DNA of 32,000 bases from positions 4,020,001 through 4,052,000 of the forward strand of contig CP104013.1 of assembly GCA_025839675.1 (NCBI GenBank), in the 5' to 3' direction. The DNA comes from Candidatus Lokiarchaeum ossiferum (lineage in GTDB: Archaea > Asgardarchaeota > Lokiarchaeia > Sigyniarchaeales > Promethearchaeaceae). This document shows positions 1 to 7,747 of the stretch, in pieces. The notes beneath the pieces are model-generated. The model was not told where the DNA came from, did not search any database, and saw only the letters and a program-made list of their open reading frames with translations. Position 1 is the stretch's first letter. Every line of letters starts with the position of its first letter. Position numbers and translations under genes: made by a program.

Positions 1-230
1 ACAATTTGGGTTTCTTCCTGCTAATGGATGGAAAACCTTTATATTGAATATTTAGGATTCAATTTCTATCGATATTGACTTGCAATGTTTTTTTGTTTTA
101 GTTTTTTTCATCTTTTTTTCTGTGCCGTCCAAAGTCCAATTTTCTCATATTATCACAAAAAACCCATATATTTTCATTTGAGGAATAATTACTAAAAAAC
201 TGTACACATTACAGCCTAGGTGCAGATTAC

Positions 231-2339
231 TTGGTTACAGAAAAAGAATTTCGGGAAATAATTGAACGAACTGAAACATTGCATTTAAGCGATCCTCAAG
301 AGGAAGAACAGTTTCTGAAAGAAAATCTTACAAAAAATCTTACCCAACCTCAATATATCACTCTCAATTTACAACTTGCCTACTGTTTCTTAGTTCTTTC
401 TCGTTATAATGATTCTTATGAGTTATATTCGCAAATGAAAGAGTTTGCTTTAAAAGATAAGAATGAAGAGTTATATGCAGATACTCTTGAAGGGATTGGA
501 AATACCCAAGTTGAAATCGGTCAAAAAAAAGAAGCTCGGAAGAATCTCTTGGAAGCAATCTCTATTTATCAGAAACTCAATCTTCCTGAAAAGGAATCCA
601 AAGCATCCAATTGTCTGGCTGTACTCTATTTTCAAGCCAATGATTATGATGAGGCCATCAAATGGTATGAAAAAGCTCAAAATCTGACAGATGACAAAAA
701 GTCAATCCGGTTTGTTAATGCCCTAGGAAATTCGGGATTGATTTATCATTCTCAAGGTAATATGGAGAAAGCGGCTGAAATATATAGTCGAGCAGTTTCG
801 ATAGCAAAAGAATGTCATTATTCATTTGTGCGACTTATTTTTCAGGAAAAACTCGGAGAAACTTATCGAGAATTAGGGGATTTGGAAAACGCCGAGGCAA
901 ATTTTAACGATGCCTATCAATTTGCGGTAAAGATGCAAGATGATAAGCATATTGGTACTCTTTCAACCTTTTTAGCCAATTTTTGGTTAGAAATGGGTAA
1001 TTTTCATAAGGCTTATACATACCTCCAACAAGGGTTTATTCATTTGAAAAAAGTCCATTTTCCCTTTGGATTACTGGACTGTTATTATGTTTCAGCTCAA
1101 TTTTGGCTCGCTAAAGGACAATTGGCTGATTCAAAGAAAGATTTATTTAAAGTTCTTGAAATTATTGAATCTAATGGGATTTTTGAAGTTGAATGTGATG
1201 TTTTAACAATGTTAGCTGAAGTGCATGAATCATTAGGCGAACTTGATGAAGCATTTCGCTGTCTCGTTAAAGCAGATAAATTAGCTCAAGAACGGAATTC
1301 TAAATTTCAACATGCTATGGTGTTACTTCAGCGGGCACGAATTAATATCAATCTTACCAAATTTAATGAAGCAATCATATTTTTGAATGAAGTGCTCTGG
1401 ATTGCTGGTGAATCCGAAGATCTCTATTTAGTCTATGAATCAAATTTTCTTTTCACCCAAATTTATTTAACCAAATACATTCGTAATAAAACCACGTTTT
1501 CTTTTTATGAAGAGGCGTTAAAATATTTACGAATCGCATTACGTCTTACAAAAGAGAAAAAATTAATTCCCCGTTATATCAACACCCTTATTATAGAAGC
1601 ATTATTAACTTCTTCCCAAAATGACTATCCATCTGCATTAAATTCTTTGAAAACGGCTCAAAAATATGCTGAAGAATCGCGTATGGATAGAAAACTTCAA
1701 GAAATCAACGAACGTCTCAATTTTATTGAAAATACTTCCCCTTCCCATAAAATCTGTACTGCTCAACAAAATTTTGTTCTTGCAATAGCTCTTGAAGATT
1801 TGCGACGGTTCACGTTTTTCTATCCCAATAATAGTTTAACCGAAAAGTTAACCGACGATTCTTTTATAGTAGCCTATGAGATTTTTAAAAATGGGGACCA
1901 TAAAATTCTCTCGGTTGATAATACCCCGCTTGTTGATATCTCCTATTCCGCAGAAGTGGATCAGATGGGGTGTGTTTATGCGCGGAATCTCTATAGCAAA
2001 ATGAAAAATCGCATTGATTCTATGGGACCGTTCCCATTTGGCAAGAGATCAACCAGTTCTTTTCTTGTTAAGCTTCTTCTCGAAACCAGTTCCCCCACTT
2101 CTGAATTGAATCTTCAAAAATCCATTTGTATTTTAGCCATTGTGTTTCCTCAAAAAATGAATTCTTTATTTTATGATAAAGAAAAGGTAGAGTGGTTAAT
2201 CTATAATCGGTTTAATGCCATCAAAACTATTTCTCAAATAACCCCTGAATTGTTGCGAGATGTCAGATCTTATGTAATGCAAACCTTAATTGCAGAGTTG
2301 CAGAAAACTGTCGATGAATATCATTCGGCAGATATATAA
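231..2339 (+). CDS. TPR-repeat protein with an uncharacterized C-terminal alpha/beta domain
   Basis: 702-codon ORF. The TTG start at 231 is preceded by AGGTG (218-222) at 8-nt spacing. Residues ~60-420 show repeated ~34-aa helical-hairpin TPR-like units, e.g. ASNCLAVLYFQANDYDEAIKWYEKAQNL, ALGNSGLIYHSQGNMEKAAEIYSRAVSIAKE and FQEKLGETYRELGDLENAEANFNDAYQFAVK. The last ~180 aa (nt ~1788-2336) are non-TPR. Confidence 0.75.
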   Translation: MVTEKEFREIIERTETLHLSDPQEEEQFLKENLTKNLTQPQYITLNLQLAYCFLVLSRYNDSYELYSQMKEFALKDKNEELYADTLEGIGNTQVEIGQKKEARKNLLEAISIYQKLNLPEKESKASNCLAVLYFQANDYDEAIKWYEKAQNLTDDKKSIRFVNALGNSGLIYHSQGNMEKAAEIYSRAVSIAKECHYSFVRLIFQEKLGETYRELGDLENAEANFNDAYQFAVKMQDDKHIGTLSTFLANFWLEMGNFHKAYTYLQQGFIHLKKVHFPFGLLDCYYVSAQFWLAKGQLADSKKDLFKVLEIIESNGIFEVECDVLTMLAEVHESLGELDEAFRCLVKADKLAQERNSKFQHAMVLLQRARININLTKFNEAIIFLNEVLWIAGESEDLYLVYESNFLFTQIYLTKYIRNKTTFSFYEEALKYLRIALRLTKEKKLIPRYINTLIIEALLTSSQNDYPSALNSLKTAQKYAEESRMDRKLQEINERLNFIENTSPSHKICTAQQNFVLAIALEDLRRFTFFYPNNSLTEKLTDDSFIVAYEIFKNGDHKILSVDNTPLVDISYSAEVDQMGCVYARNLYSKMKNRIDSMGPFPFGKRSTSSFLVKLLLETSSPTSELNLQKSICILAIVFPQKMNSLFYDKEKVEWLIYNRFNAIKTISQITPELLRDVRSYVMQTLIAELQKTVDEYHSADI

Positions 2340-2374
2340 ACTGACTTTCATTCAAAAGGGTGTAGTAGTGGATA

Positions 2375-2387
2375 TTTTTCTTTTTTT
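2375..2387 (+). terminator. Oligo-T tract (T5-C-T7), candidate archaeal transcription terminator after the TPR gene
   Basis: The sequence tttttcttttttt lies 36 nt after the stop at 2339. Archaeal RNA polymerase is known to terminate at oligo-T tracts. Confidence 0.4.
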
Positions 2388-2513
2388 ACCCGTTATTAGT
2401 CATTTTTCTAATAAAAATTGATCTTATAGCCATTTTGAATCCTAGTAGGAAAGATATAAAAAACCTATCAACAACTTGAAGGTAACAAACATTTTCACTC
2501 AAAGGTGTTCTTA

Positions 2514-4268
2514 ATGTCAAAGAAAGACAAATTTTCATACCACTCACAAATTAAATTTTCAATTCCTATTCTTTTACTTCTCGGAATCATATGCATTCAA
2601 AGCTATGTAATTCCTATAAATCAGGCTCTATCATATACAGAAGCTGATGGACCATTTTCTAAATTGATTATAGAGATAGAACGGCTACAAAACAGTGCAT
2701 CCCATTCTCCCATCAAAATTACTGGTAATGATTGGTCTCCCTATGCTATTCTTGGGAATGGGTCTTTTGGCAATCCTTATATCATTGCGAATCTCACTAT
2801 CGATGGTGGTGGGGATTTTGAAGAAGCAGGTATTTTTATCGAAAATTCTGATGTTTATGGGATTATCCGTAATTGTACCTTTGTAAATATCGGGGTTGGG
2901 GTTGGTTTACTAAATTCAGGAAATTGTTCCATTGAACAGAATCGAGTTAATATTTCCCAATACAGTATCTATCTAGATCAATCCTCAAATTGCACAGTTA
3001 TTCAAAATAATCTCACATATCAAGGGTTTGGTATTTATCTGGATAACTCTTTGAATTGTTCCATGATAAATAATAACATACGGGATTCTACAGGGGGCAT
3101 TGGCATCGAATCTTCTTCAGAATGTTTAATTTTTAATAATTATCTTTACAATTCTTCAGGATCTGGCATTGTACTTAATTCAGGATCGACGGATGTTGAT
3201 GTGATACAAAATTCTATTGTCAAATCTGAATATGGTATTGTGGGGGAAAGTTCCTCGTTTTGTACATTAATTAAAAACATTATTCAAGATTGTTCTGAAT
3301 ATGCGATCTATATTATCCAGTCTTCAAACTATCTTTTAAATCGAAATAATTTAACGGATAATTTTGTTGCTGGAATAGTTCTTTGGACATCATCCAATAT
3401 CAATGTCACCGATAACAACCGCATTCAAAATGAAACTAATTATGGTATTTTAGTGTACGATTCAAATTTCTGCAATATTCGTAATAATTACATAGAAAAC
3501 GTTCTTGAAGATGGAACAATCATTTTTCTTTCTTCAAACATCTCCCTCATAGGAAATATCTTTCGATCTAATTCTCATAATGGTGTGAGTTTGAATAATT
3601 CATTGGATTGTCTCATAGAACGGAATTTTTTCATCCATAATTCTGAAAATGGACTTGGAATTGATGCTTCCTCATCGAATAATCAAATTCGCAATAATTC
3701 CTTTTCAAAAAATGATAAAGAAGCAATCAATGATTTTGGGACTGGAAATATTTTTTCTGAAAATAAATTTTTCACCAAAATCTCTATTAATTTTAATAGT
3801 TCGAGTCTTTATGTTAGAAGTGGGGAGTTGTTTCAGTTAAATTGTAGTTATAGTGAGGGATATGGCCCAATATCATTTTTGTGGGATTTTGGTGATGGGG
3901 GCTTTTCGAGTCTACAAAATGCTACGCATACCTATAGTATGGAAGATGTGTATGAAGTATTTCTTACTGTTATAGAGGCTGATGGTGACGTTTCAATATT
4001 TACTCGTTATATATTTGTATACTCTGAAATACCGACAGAAACGGACACAACTACTACCTCAACAACTACAACAGCTACTACCTCAACAACTTCGACAACT
4101 ACAACATCTTCTTCAACTACAGTTACAACGTCTTCTCCTGAAACTTCAAGTACTGTTGATTCACCTTCTGATTCAGAACAATTTGATATCCCGGGGTATT
4201 CCATTGGACTCCTTCTGATATCTGTTGGATTTGTTGTGCTCATAATTCGGAAAAAATACTTAGTCTGA
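2514..4268 (+). CDS. Secreted cell-surface glycoprotein: signal peptide, right-handed parallel beta-helix (PbH1/NosD-like) repeats, PKD domain, Thr/Ser-rich stalk, PGF-CTERM-like membrane anchor
   Basis: I prefer the ATG at 2514 because AGGTG at 2503-2507 sits 6 nt upstream; the track's GTG start at 2505 lies inside that box. The N-terminal hydrophobic segment is IPILLLLGIICIQSYV. About 12 repeats of ~23 aa follow the pattern 'sSsNCtvi.NNi' (e.g. SGNCSIEQNRV, SSNCTVIQNNL, SLNCSMINNNI). The PKD signature is FLWDFGDGG..THTY..VYEVFLTV (WDFGDG at 3882-3899). The T/S-rich linker spans 4035-4178. The tail is DIPGYSIGLLLISVGFVVLIIRKKYLV. Confidence 0.8.
   Translation: MSKKDKFSYHSQIKFSIPILLLLGIICIQSYVIPINQALSYTEADGPFSKLIIEIERLQNSASHSPIKITGNDWSPYAILGNGSFGNPYIIANLTIDGGGDFEEAGIFIENSDVYGIIRNCTFVNIGVGVGLLNSGNCSIEQNRVNISQYSIYLDQSSNCTVIQNNLTYQGFGIYLDNSLNCSMINNNIRDSTGGIGIESSSECLIFNNYLYNSSGSGIVLNSGSTDVDVIQNSIVKSEYGIVGESSSFCTLIKNIIQDCSEYAIYIIQSSNYLLNRNNLTDNFVAGIVLWTSSNINVTDNNRIQNETNYGILVYDSNFCNIRNNYIENVLEDGTIIFLSSNISLIGNIFRSNSHNGVSLNNSLDCLIERNFFIHNSENGLGIDASSSNNQIRNNSFSKNDKEAINDFGTGNIFSENKFFTKISINFNSSSLYVRSGELFQLNCSYSEGYGPISFLWDFGDGGFSSLQNATHTYSMEDVYEVFLTVIEADGDVSIFTRYIFVYSEIPTETDTTTTSTTTTATTSTTSTTTTSSSTTVTTSSPETSSTVDSPSDSEQFDIPGYSIGLLLISVGFVVLIIRKKYLV
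4035..4178 (+). repeat. Low-complexity ACN/TCN codon tract encoding the Thr/Ser-rich stalk of the surface protein
   Basis: The tract translates to TETDTTTTSTTTTATTSTTSTTTTSSSTTVTTSSPETSSTVDSPSDSE. It also generates the spurious overlapping ORFs 3982-4218(+) and 4007-4297(-). Confidence 0.85.
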
Positions 4269-4273
4269 TCATC

Positions 4274-4281
4274 TTTTTTTT
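4274..4281 (+). terminator. T8 tract, candidate terminator after the surface-protein gene
   Basis: A tttttttt run begins 6 nt after the TGA stop at 4266-4268. Confidence 0.4.
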
Positions 4282-4490
4282 CCCTCATTTTAGTCAAAAT
4301 AACTAAGATGCTATTCCGGTCCTCATTTCTCTCGGTTTATTTCTTCAAGTGATGATCAAAAAATCTTAAATTTAATGAACATTTTTTAATGATCAGATTG
4401 TTTCATTTCAGTTGGTTTATACTGGAATGTAAAAATACTGAATTTTGAACCCAGTACCTACAATCAGATGATATCACAAATTTCATCGCT

Positions 4491-4617
4491 CCCCCCTTAA
4501 CTCAGTTGGTAGAGTGCTCGGCTGTAGAACTGATTAATCGCGTGGAAAAGGGCAACCTATGACTCCACGTCAGCAGCAGCTACCGGGACGTCGCCGGCTC
4601 GACTCCGGCAGGGGGGA
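4491..4617 (+). tRNA. tRNA-Tyr (anticodon GTA) with a ~54-nt intron at the canonical 37/38 position
   Basis: Cloverleaf read by eye. Acceptor is CCCCCCT (4491-4497) paired with AGGGGGG (4610-4616), giving C1:G72. D arm is ACTC-AGTTGGTA-GAGT. Anticodon stem is CTCGG (4517-4521) paired with CCGGG (4583-4587). The loop is CT-GTA-G then A. Variable loop is ACGTC. T arm is GCCGG-CTCGACT-CCGGC. The discriminator is A4617 and no CCA is encoded. The intron is ~4528-4581, so the exons are 4491-4527 and 4582-4617 (73 nt mature). This is a GC-rich island in AT-rich DNA. Confidence 0.9.
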
Positions 4618-4727
4618 CTATCACTCTTCTCTTATTTTCCGAATTTCTCTTATTAAAAATTAGCAAGATTCAATTTAAAATTCATGGACTTTGAAGATAA
4701 TAAAAAAGATCCTCTTAAGAATTTCAA

Positions 4728-4766
4728 AGAAATAAAAAGATAAGGCAAAATGGTTAAGCATTTTGC
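4728..4766 (-). terminator. Stem-loop plus T-rich tail at the 3' end of the minus-strand gene run
   Basis: A perfect 8-bp inverted repeat, gcaaaatg (4745-4752) and cattttgc (4759-4766), flanks a 6-nt loop containing the stop codon of ORF 4754-5092. On the minus strand it is followed by cttatctttttatttctttg. Confidence 0.4.
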
Positions 4767-5092
4767 TTTACGATTATCATAATTGCAATTATGATTGCAA
4801 CTCCAACTGCTACTATGAGTATAATTACCCAAGTTGGAAGTGGATTCGGAGGATCTATCGAATTAGTACTTGTAGTTGTATCCGTACCTATGGTAGTTGT
4901 TTGTCCTGTGCCACTATCAGATGTGGCCCATGTCCAATAATTATCGAGATTGAATTGAAAGTCACCAAATTCTGCTGGATTAAAACTCGTTGTGTTGAAA
5001 TTACCAGAAAGATCGATATTTTCCAAATCACTATCCTCGGTTAAATTTCCGGAATAATTAACTAACGCATTATCATCAATTGTGCAATTCAC
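4754..5092 (-). CDS. Small acidic membrane-anchored protein with a Thr-rich stalk and C-terminal TM helix, no recognizable signal peptide
   Basis: 112-codon ORF. The C-terminus is TGQTTTIGTDTTTSTNSIDPPNPLPTWVIILIVAVGVAIIIAIMIIVKQNA. The N-terminal ~70 aa are D/E/N-rich with NxS/T sequons (NCT, NYS, NLT, NTT). The start is uncertain: it is a GTG only 2 nt from a GAGGAG box. Confidence 0.5.
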   Translation of the reverse strand: MNCTIDDNALVNYSGNLTEDSDLENIDLSGNFNTTSFNPAEFGDFQFNLDNYWTWATSDSGTGQTTTIGTDTTTSTNSIDPPNPLPTWVIILIVAVGVAIIIAIMIIVKQNA

Positions 5093-5173
5093 ATCTCCTC
5101 TATTTTTTCATAATAATTGTTTTATAAGATGTCATATCTTTCAAAATTTCTAAAAAAAAATGCCTTTGTAATT

Positions 5174-6322
5174 TTAAGAAATATATTCAATTCGGGCTTC
5201 TGTTAGCATTTCAACTTTCCCGTTGCGGATCATGATATCGTTCTCAAGGCGGAAACCCCCTTCTCCCTTGACATACGCTCCCGGTTCAATCGCCAGTACC
5301 ATCCCTTCTTGAATTCGCTGTTCTTTCCAAGATTCCAACCGTTTCGGATCGGTAGGTTTGGGAAAGAGAAAGGGGGCGTCATGCTCTTCTAATCCTAATC
5401 CGTGCCCTAACCCGTAATTCATAGGGTATCCTGCACCCTCCAAAATATCTCGGGCCGTTTCAGCAATTGTATGAATTGGTACGTCAATGTCAATCATATT
5501 CATCACAGCATCATAGGCTTTCAGCGACACATCAATCATTTTCTGTTGTTCCGTTGAAATTGTTCCAAAAGCAAAAGGTTGGGTGATATCACTGCAATAT
5601 CCATTTAATTTAGCCCCAAAATCAATTATCGAAAGTCCGGGTTTGTTGAAGGGGGCATTAGTGGCATAAGGATGGCAATGAAGTTGATAGCTTCGATCAG
5701 TATTTGCCACTAAGGATGGGAAGGCATTTTCGTCTGCACCAAGTTCACGCATTCGTTTCATCACATAGAAGGCCAGATCATTTTCTGTTTCATCTGAAGC
5801 ATTTTGGGCGAATCGCCGAATATCTTTAAGTAAATTATTACTGAGGTGGGCTACATCTGTAAGTCGATCCAGTTCTAAAGGTGTTTTAGTGGCTCGTAAT
5901 TGGGCCAGTTCAAATCCAATTTCCCGAGGTTTCTGATAGATCTTACAATTAGGTATATATTGTTGTAAATTTAAAACTAATTGAAATGGTGCGTTAGAGA
6001 GTACCCCAATTACGGGAGATGAAGTTTTGACCGATTTTTTCACAAAATCGGCTAAGGCGTTCATCGCTGAATATTGAAAGTTAATAAGATCCAAGATGTG
6101 ATCCACTTCAGCATGTTCTTCCGCTAGGGGGACATCAGCAGGCATTAAACAAGTTTCTCCTGATTGCGTGATTGCCAAGAGAGCATCTGTTGGATGGCCA
6201 GATAAATACTGTAAATGCGTTGTTCGAGCCATCTCGGAATCATTCACTAAGAGCAAATCTATTCCCTTGGTCTCTAATTCGGCCAAAAGGTGATCTAATT
6301 TTTCAGTTGTGATTGAGCGCAT
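5174..6322 (-). CDS. M24B family Xaa-Pro aminopeptidase/dipeptidase (PepP/PepQ-like)
   Basis: The pita-bread metal-ligand motifs are all present: IDFGAKLNGYCSDITQ (Asp/Asp), HGLGHGLGLEEHD (His), VLAIEPGAY (Glu) and GGFRLENDIMI (Glu). There is an N-terminal creatinase-like domain. Confidence 0.85.
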   Translation of the reverse strand: MRSITTEKLDHLLAELETKGIDLLLVNDSEMARTTHLQYLSGHPTDALLAITQSGETCLMPADVPLAEEHAEVDHILDLINFQYSAMNALADFVKKSVKTSSPVIGVLSNAPFQLVLNLQQYIPNCKIYQKPREIGFELAQLRATKTPLELDRLTDVAHLSNNLLKDIRRFAQNASDETENDLAFYVMKRMRELGADENAFPSLVANTDRSYQLHCHPYATNAPFNKPGLSIIDFGAKLNGYCSDITQPFAFGTISTEQQKMIDVSLKAYDAVMNMIDIDVPIHTIAETARDILEGAGYPMNYGLGHGLGLEEHDAPFLFPKPTDPKRLESWKEQRIQEGMVLAIEPGAYVKGEGGFRLENDIMIRNGKVEMLTEARIEYIS

Positions 6323-6324
6323 TT

Positions 6325-6840
6325 TTAATCGACCTCATAAATATCTATATTTTTACAATCTTGCAGCTTGGAGAGTAAAACTAATTTTGGGAAAATATTT
6401 GGAATCCGAATATTATGGCAATTAATTATCTTTAAGATATATTGTTGAAAGGTTTCCTTATCAACATCGGGAGCAAAGGAAAGCTTTTTGATATTAATAA
6501 AACTAATTTCATTGGCTGCATCTATGAGATCTTGTTTAGTAACGGTCAAATTTTCATGACCAATGACAGCTAACGGTTTTTTGTTTAATGGGCGTAAGAC
6601 TTTAGCAGATATCTGTGGAAATCCTTCTTCTATGGAATCAACAACATCCTTCATCATTTTAGATACTGCCATTCCAACATTCATGTCAAGATCTTTCGTT
6701 TTGTTCACAAATTGCTCGTACACCTCAGCATTTACTCCTCGGATAGATATTGATTTCAAATTATCTTTTTCAGAAAAATATTTAGAACGGAACTGGTCTA
6801 TCGTATCATCAAAGTCAAAATTTTCATTTTTATCAACCAT
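6325..6840 (-). CDS. Hypothetical protein, possible N-terminal ribbon-helix-helix-like segment plus repetitive beta-rich C-terminal half
   Basis: 171-codon ORF. A GAGGT box (complement of 6848-6852) lies 7 nt upstream of the ATG. SISIRGVNAEVYEQFVNKTKDLDMNVGMAVSKMMKDVV has a strand-helix-helix pattern. The stop is 2 nt from the M24 start. Confidence 0.55.
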   Translation of the reverse strand: MVDKNENFDFDDTIDQFRSKYFSEKDNLKSISIRGVNAEVYEQFVNKTKDLDMNVGMAVSKMMKDVVDSIEEGFPQISAKVLRPLNKKPLAVIGHENLTVTKQDLIDAANEISFINIKKLSFAPDVDKETFQQYILKIINCHNIRIPNIFPKLVLLSKLQDCKNIDIYEVD

Positions 6841-6948
6841 TTGTTTAACCTCTTTTCATGTAATCATGTTTTACAACACTAAATGTATACCTCTCATACT
6901 ATTAAATTTTTATTTTTGATATACTCTTAATATCAATAGATGCAATAA

Positions 6949-7482
6949 TTATCTTTTTTTAACCGTTTTGACTAATTTATTTGTCATTCTATTCAATTCA
7001 TCAGAATATTGCGATATTTCCTCCAAAATTGAAGATTGTTCTTCTAGGAAAGAGGATAAACTTGAGTCTTCTGTAGCTTTTTTTTGAATTATTAAATTGA
7101 TTTTTTCCATACTTTCAACCATGTTCGTTATAATTCTTAAAAAGCGAATTTGGTAATCAATGTCAGTGAAATTATTCATGGAGATGCTTCTATCTTCATT
7201 GTTAATCATTGATAGCAATTTTTTGTTCATCAGTCGTAATAACTCCGTTGAAACTTTTGGAGTTTCTTTTTCAAAGGGATTAAATACTTTTTTCATCCAT
7301 TTTTCATTTCCATTCTCAATATTCAAGCCTAAAAATTTAAGATTTTCATTAAAGGGATGGTTATTCTTATTTTTTTTATCTAAGATGAATCTAGGCTTTG
7401 AAGATTCCTCCGTAGTAAAATATTCAGTTGGGAAATAATTTGATTTTTCTTCGAAATTTAAATTTTTATTTTCATTGCACAT
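6949..7482 (-). CDS. Hypothetical protein with a predicted helical/coiled-coil C-terminal half
   Basis: The track starts at a GTG (7491) that is part of an AAGGTG box. The ATG at 7482 sits 6 nt downstream of that box and is the likelier start. I recognise no family motif. Confidence 0.55.
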   Translation of the reverse strand: MCNENKNLNFEEKSNYFPTEYFTTEESSKPRFILDKKNKNNHPFNENLKFLGLNIENGNEKWMKKVFNPFEKETPKVSTELLRLMNKKLLSMINNEDRSISMNNFTDIDYQIRFLRIITNMVESMEKINLIIQKKATEDSSLSSFLEEQSSILEEISQYSDELNRMTNKLVKTVKKR

Positions 7483-7734
7483 TTGCTGCACCTTGATTGT
7501 TGTTAAACACGTTTTATTGTTTTACATGTTTTCATGTTAAACATCATTTATAAAGTTATATCTTCTTTATCCATCATAGTTCTCAATGTCAAATATGGGA
7601 TAATATTCTTCCAAAAAATCGCTTGGCGCTTGAAAAAGCTGCAAAATAAGATTTAAAATAATTTTGATTTATAGAAGTATTGTAAAAGTTAGGGTTTTCA
7701 AATCCAAACTCAAATTACCATAAAGATAAAGAAT

Positions 7735-7741
7735 AAAAAAA
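7735..7741 (-). terminator. T7 tract on the minus strand just after the MCP stop codon
   Basis: On the minus strand the sequence reads TAA-AAAAAA-TTTTTTT-attctttatc. The plus strand shows the A7/T8 palindrome at 7735-7749. Confidence 0.35.
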
Positions 7742-7747
7742 TTTTTT

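Noticed and set aside
3982-4297. Overlapping ORFs 3982-4218(+) and 4007-4297(-), encoding Q/L-rich and V/E-rich polypeptides.
   Set aside because: They are alternative-frame and antisense readings of the ACN/TCN low-complexity tract that encodes the Thr/Ser stalk of the surface protein. They have no independent start context.
4343-4449. Possible C/D-box sRNA upstream of the tRNA. A canonical C box gtgatga lies at 4349-4355, a second atgatca at 4389-4395, a ctga D box at 4438-4441, and a possible terminal stem ttcaa/ttgaa.
   Set aside because: There is no CUGA-like D' box at the expected ~12-nt spacing. The C-to-D distance (~93 nt) is too long for a typical archaeal sRNA. The second C box is imperfect and the terminal stem needs a 3-nt offset. 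In AT-rich DNA these short boxes occur by chance. It is only worth revisiting if RNA-seq shows a discrete small transcript.
4618-6322. Integrated mobile element using the tRNA-Tyr 3' end as an attachment site.
   Set aside because: No integrase or transposase is present. I could not find a direct repeat of the tRNA 3' half anywhere downstream. The flanking genes (M24 peptidase and so on) look like ordinary chromosomal genes with the same composition.
7611-7650. GC-enriched patch cgcttggcgcttg followed by an A/T run downstream of the MCP gene, considered as a possible small RNA or structured terminator.
   Set aside because: Only 3-bp stems can be drawn. The direct repeat cgcttg x2 is short. 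The T7 tract right after the MCP stop already explains termination.
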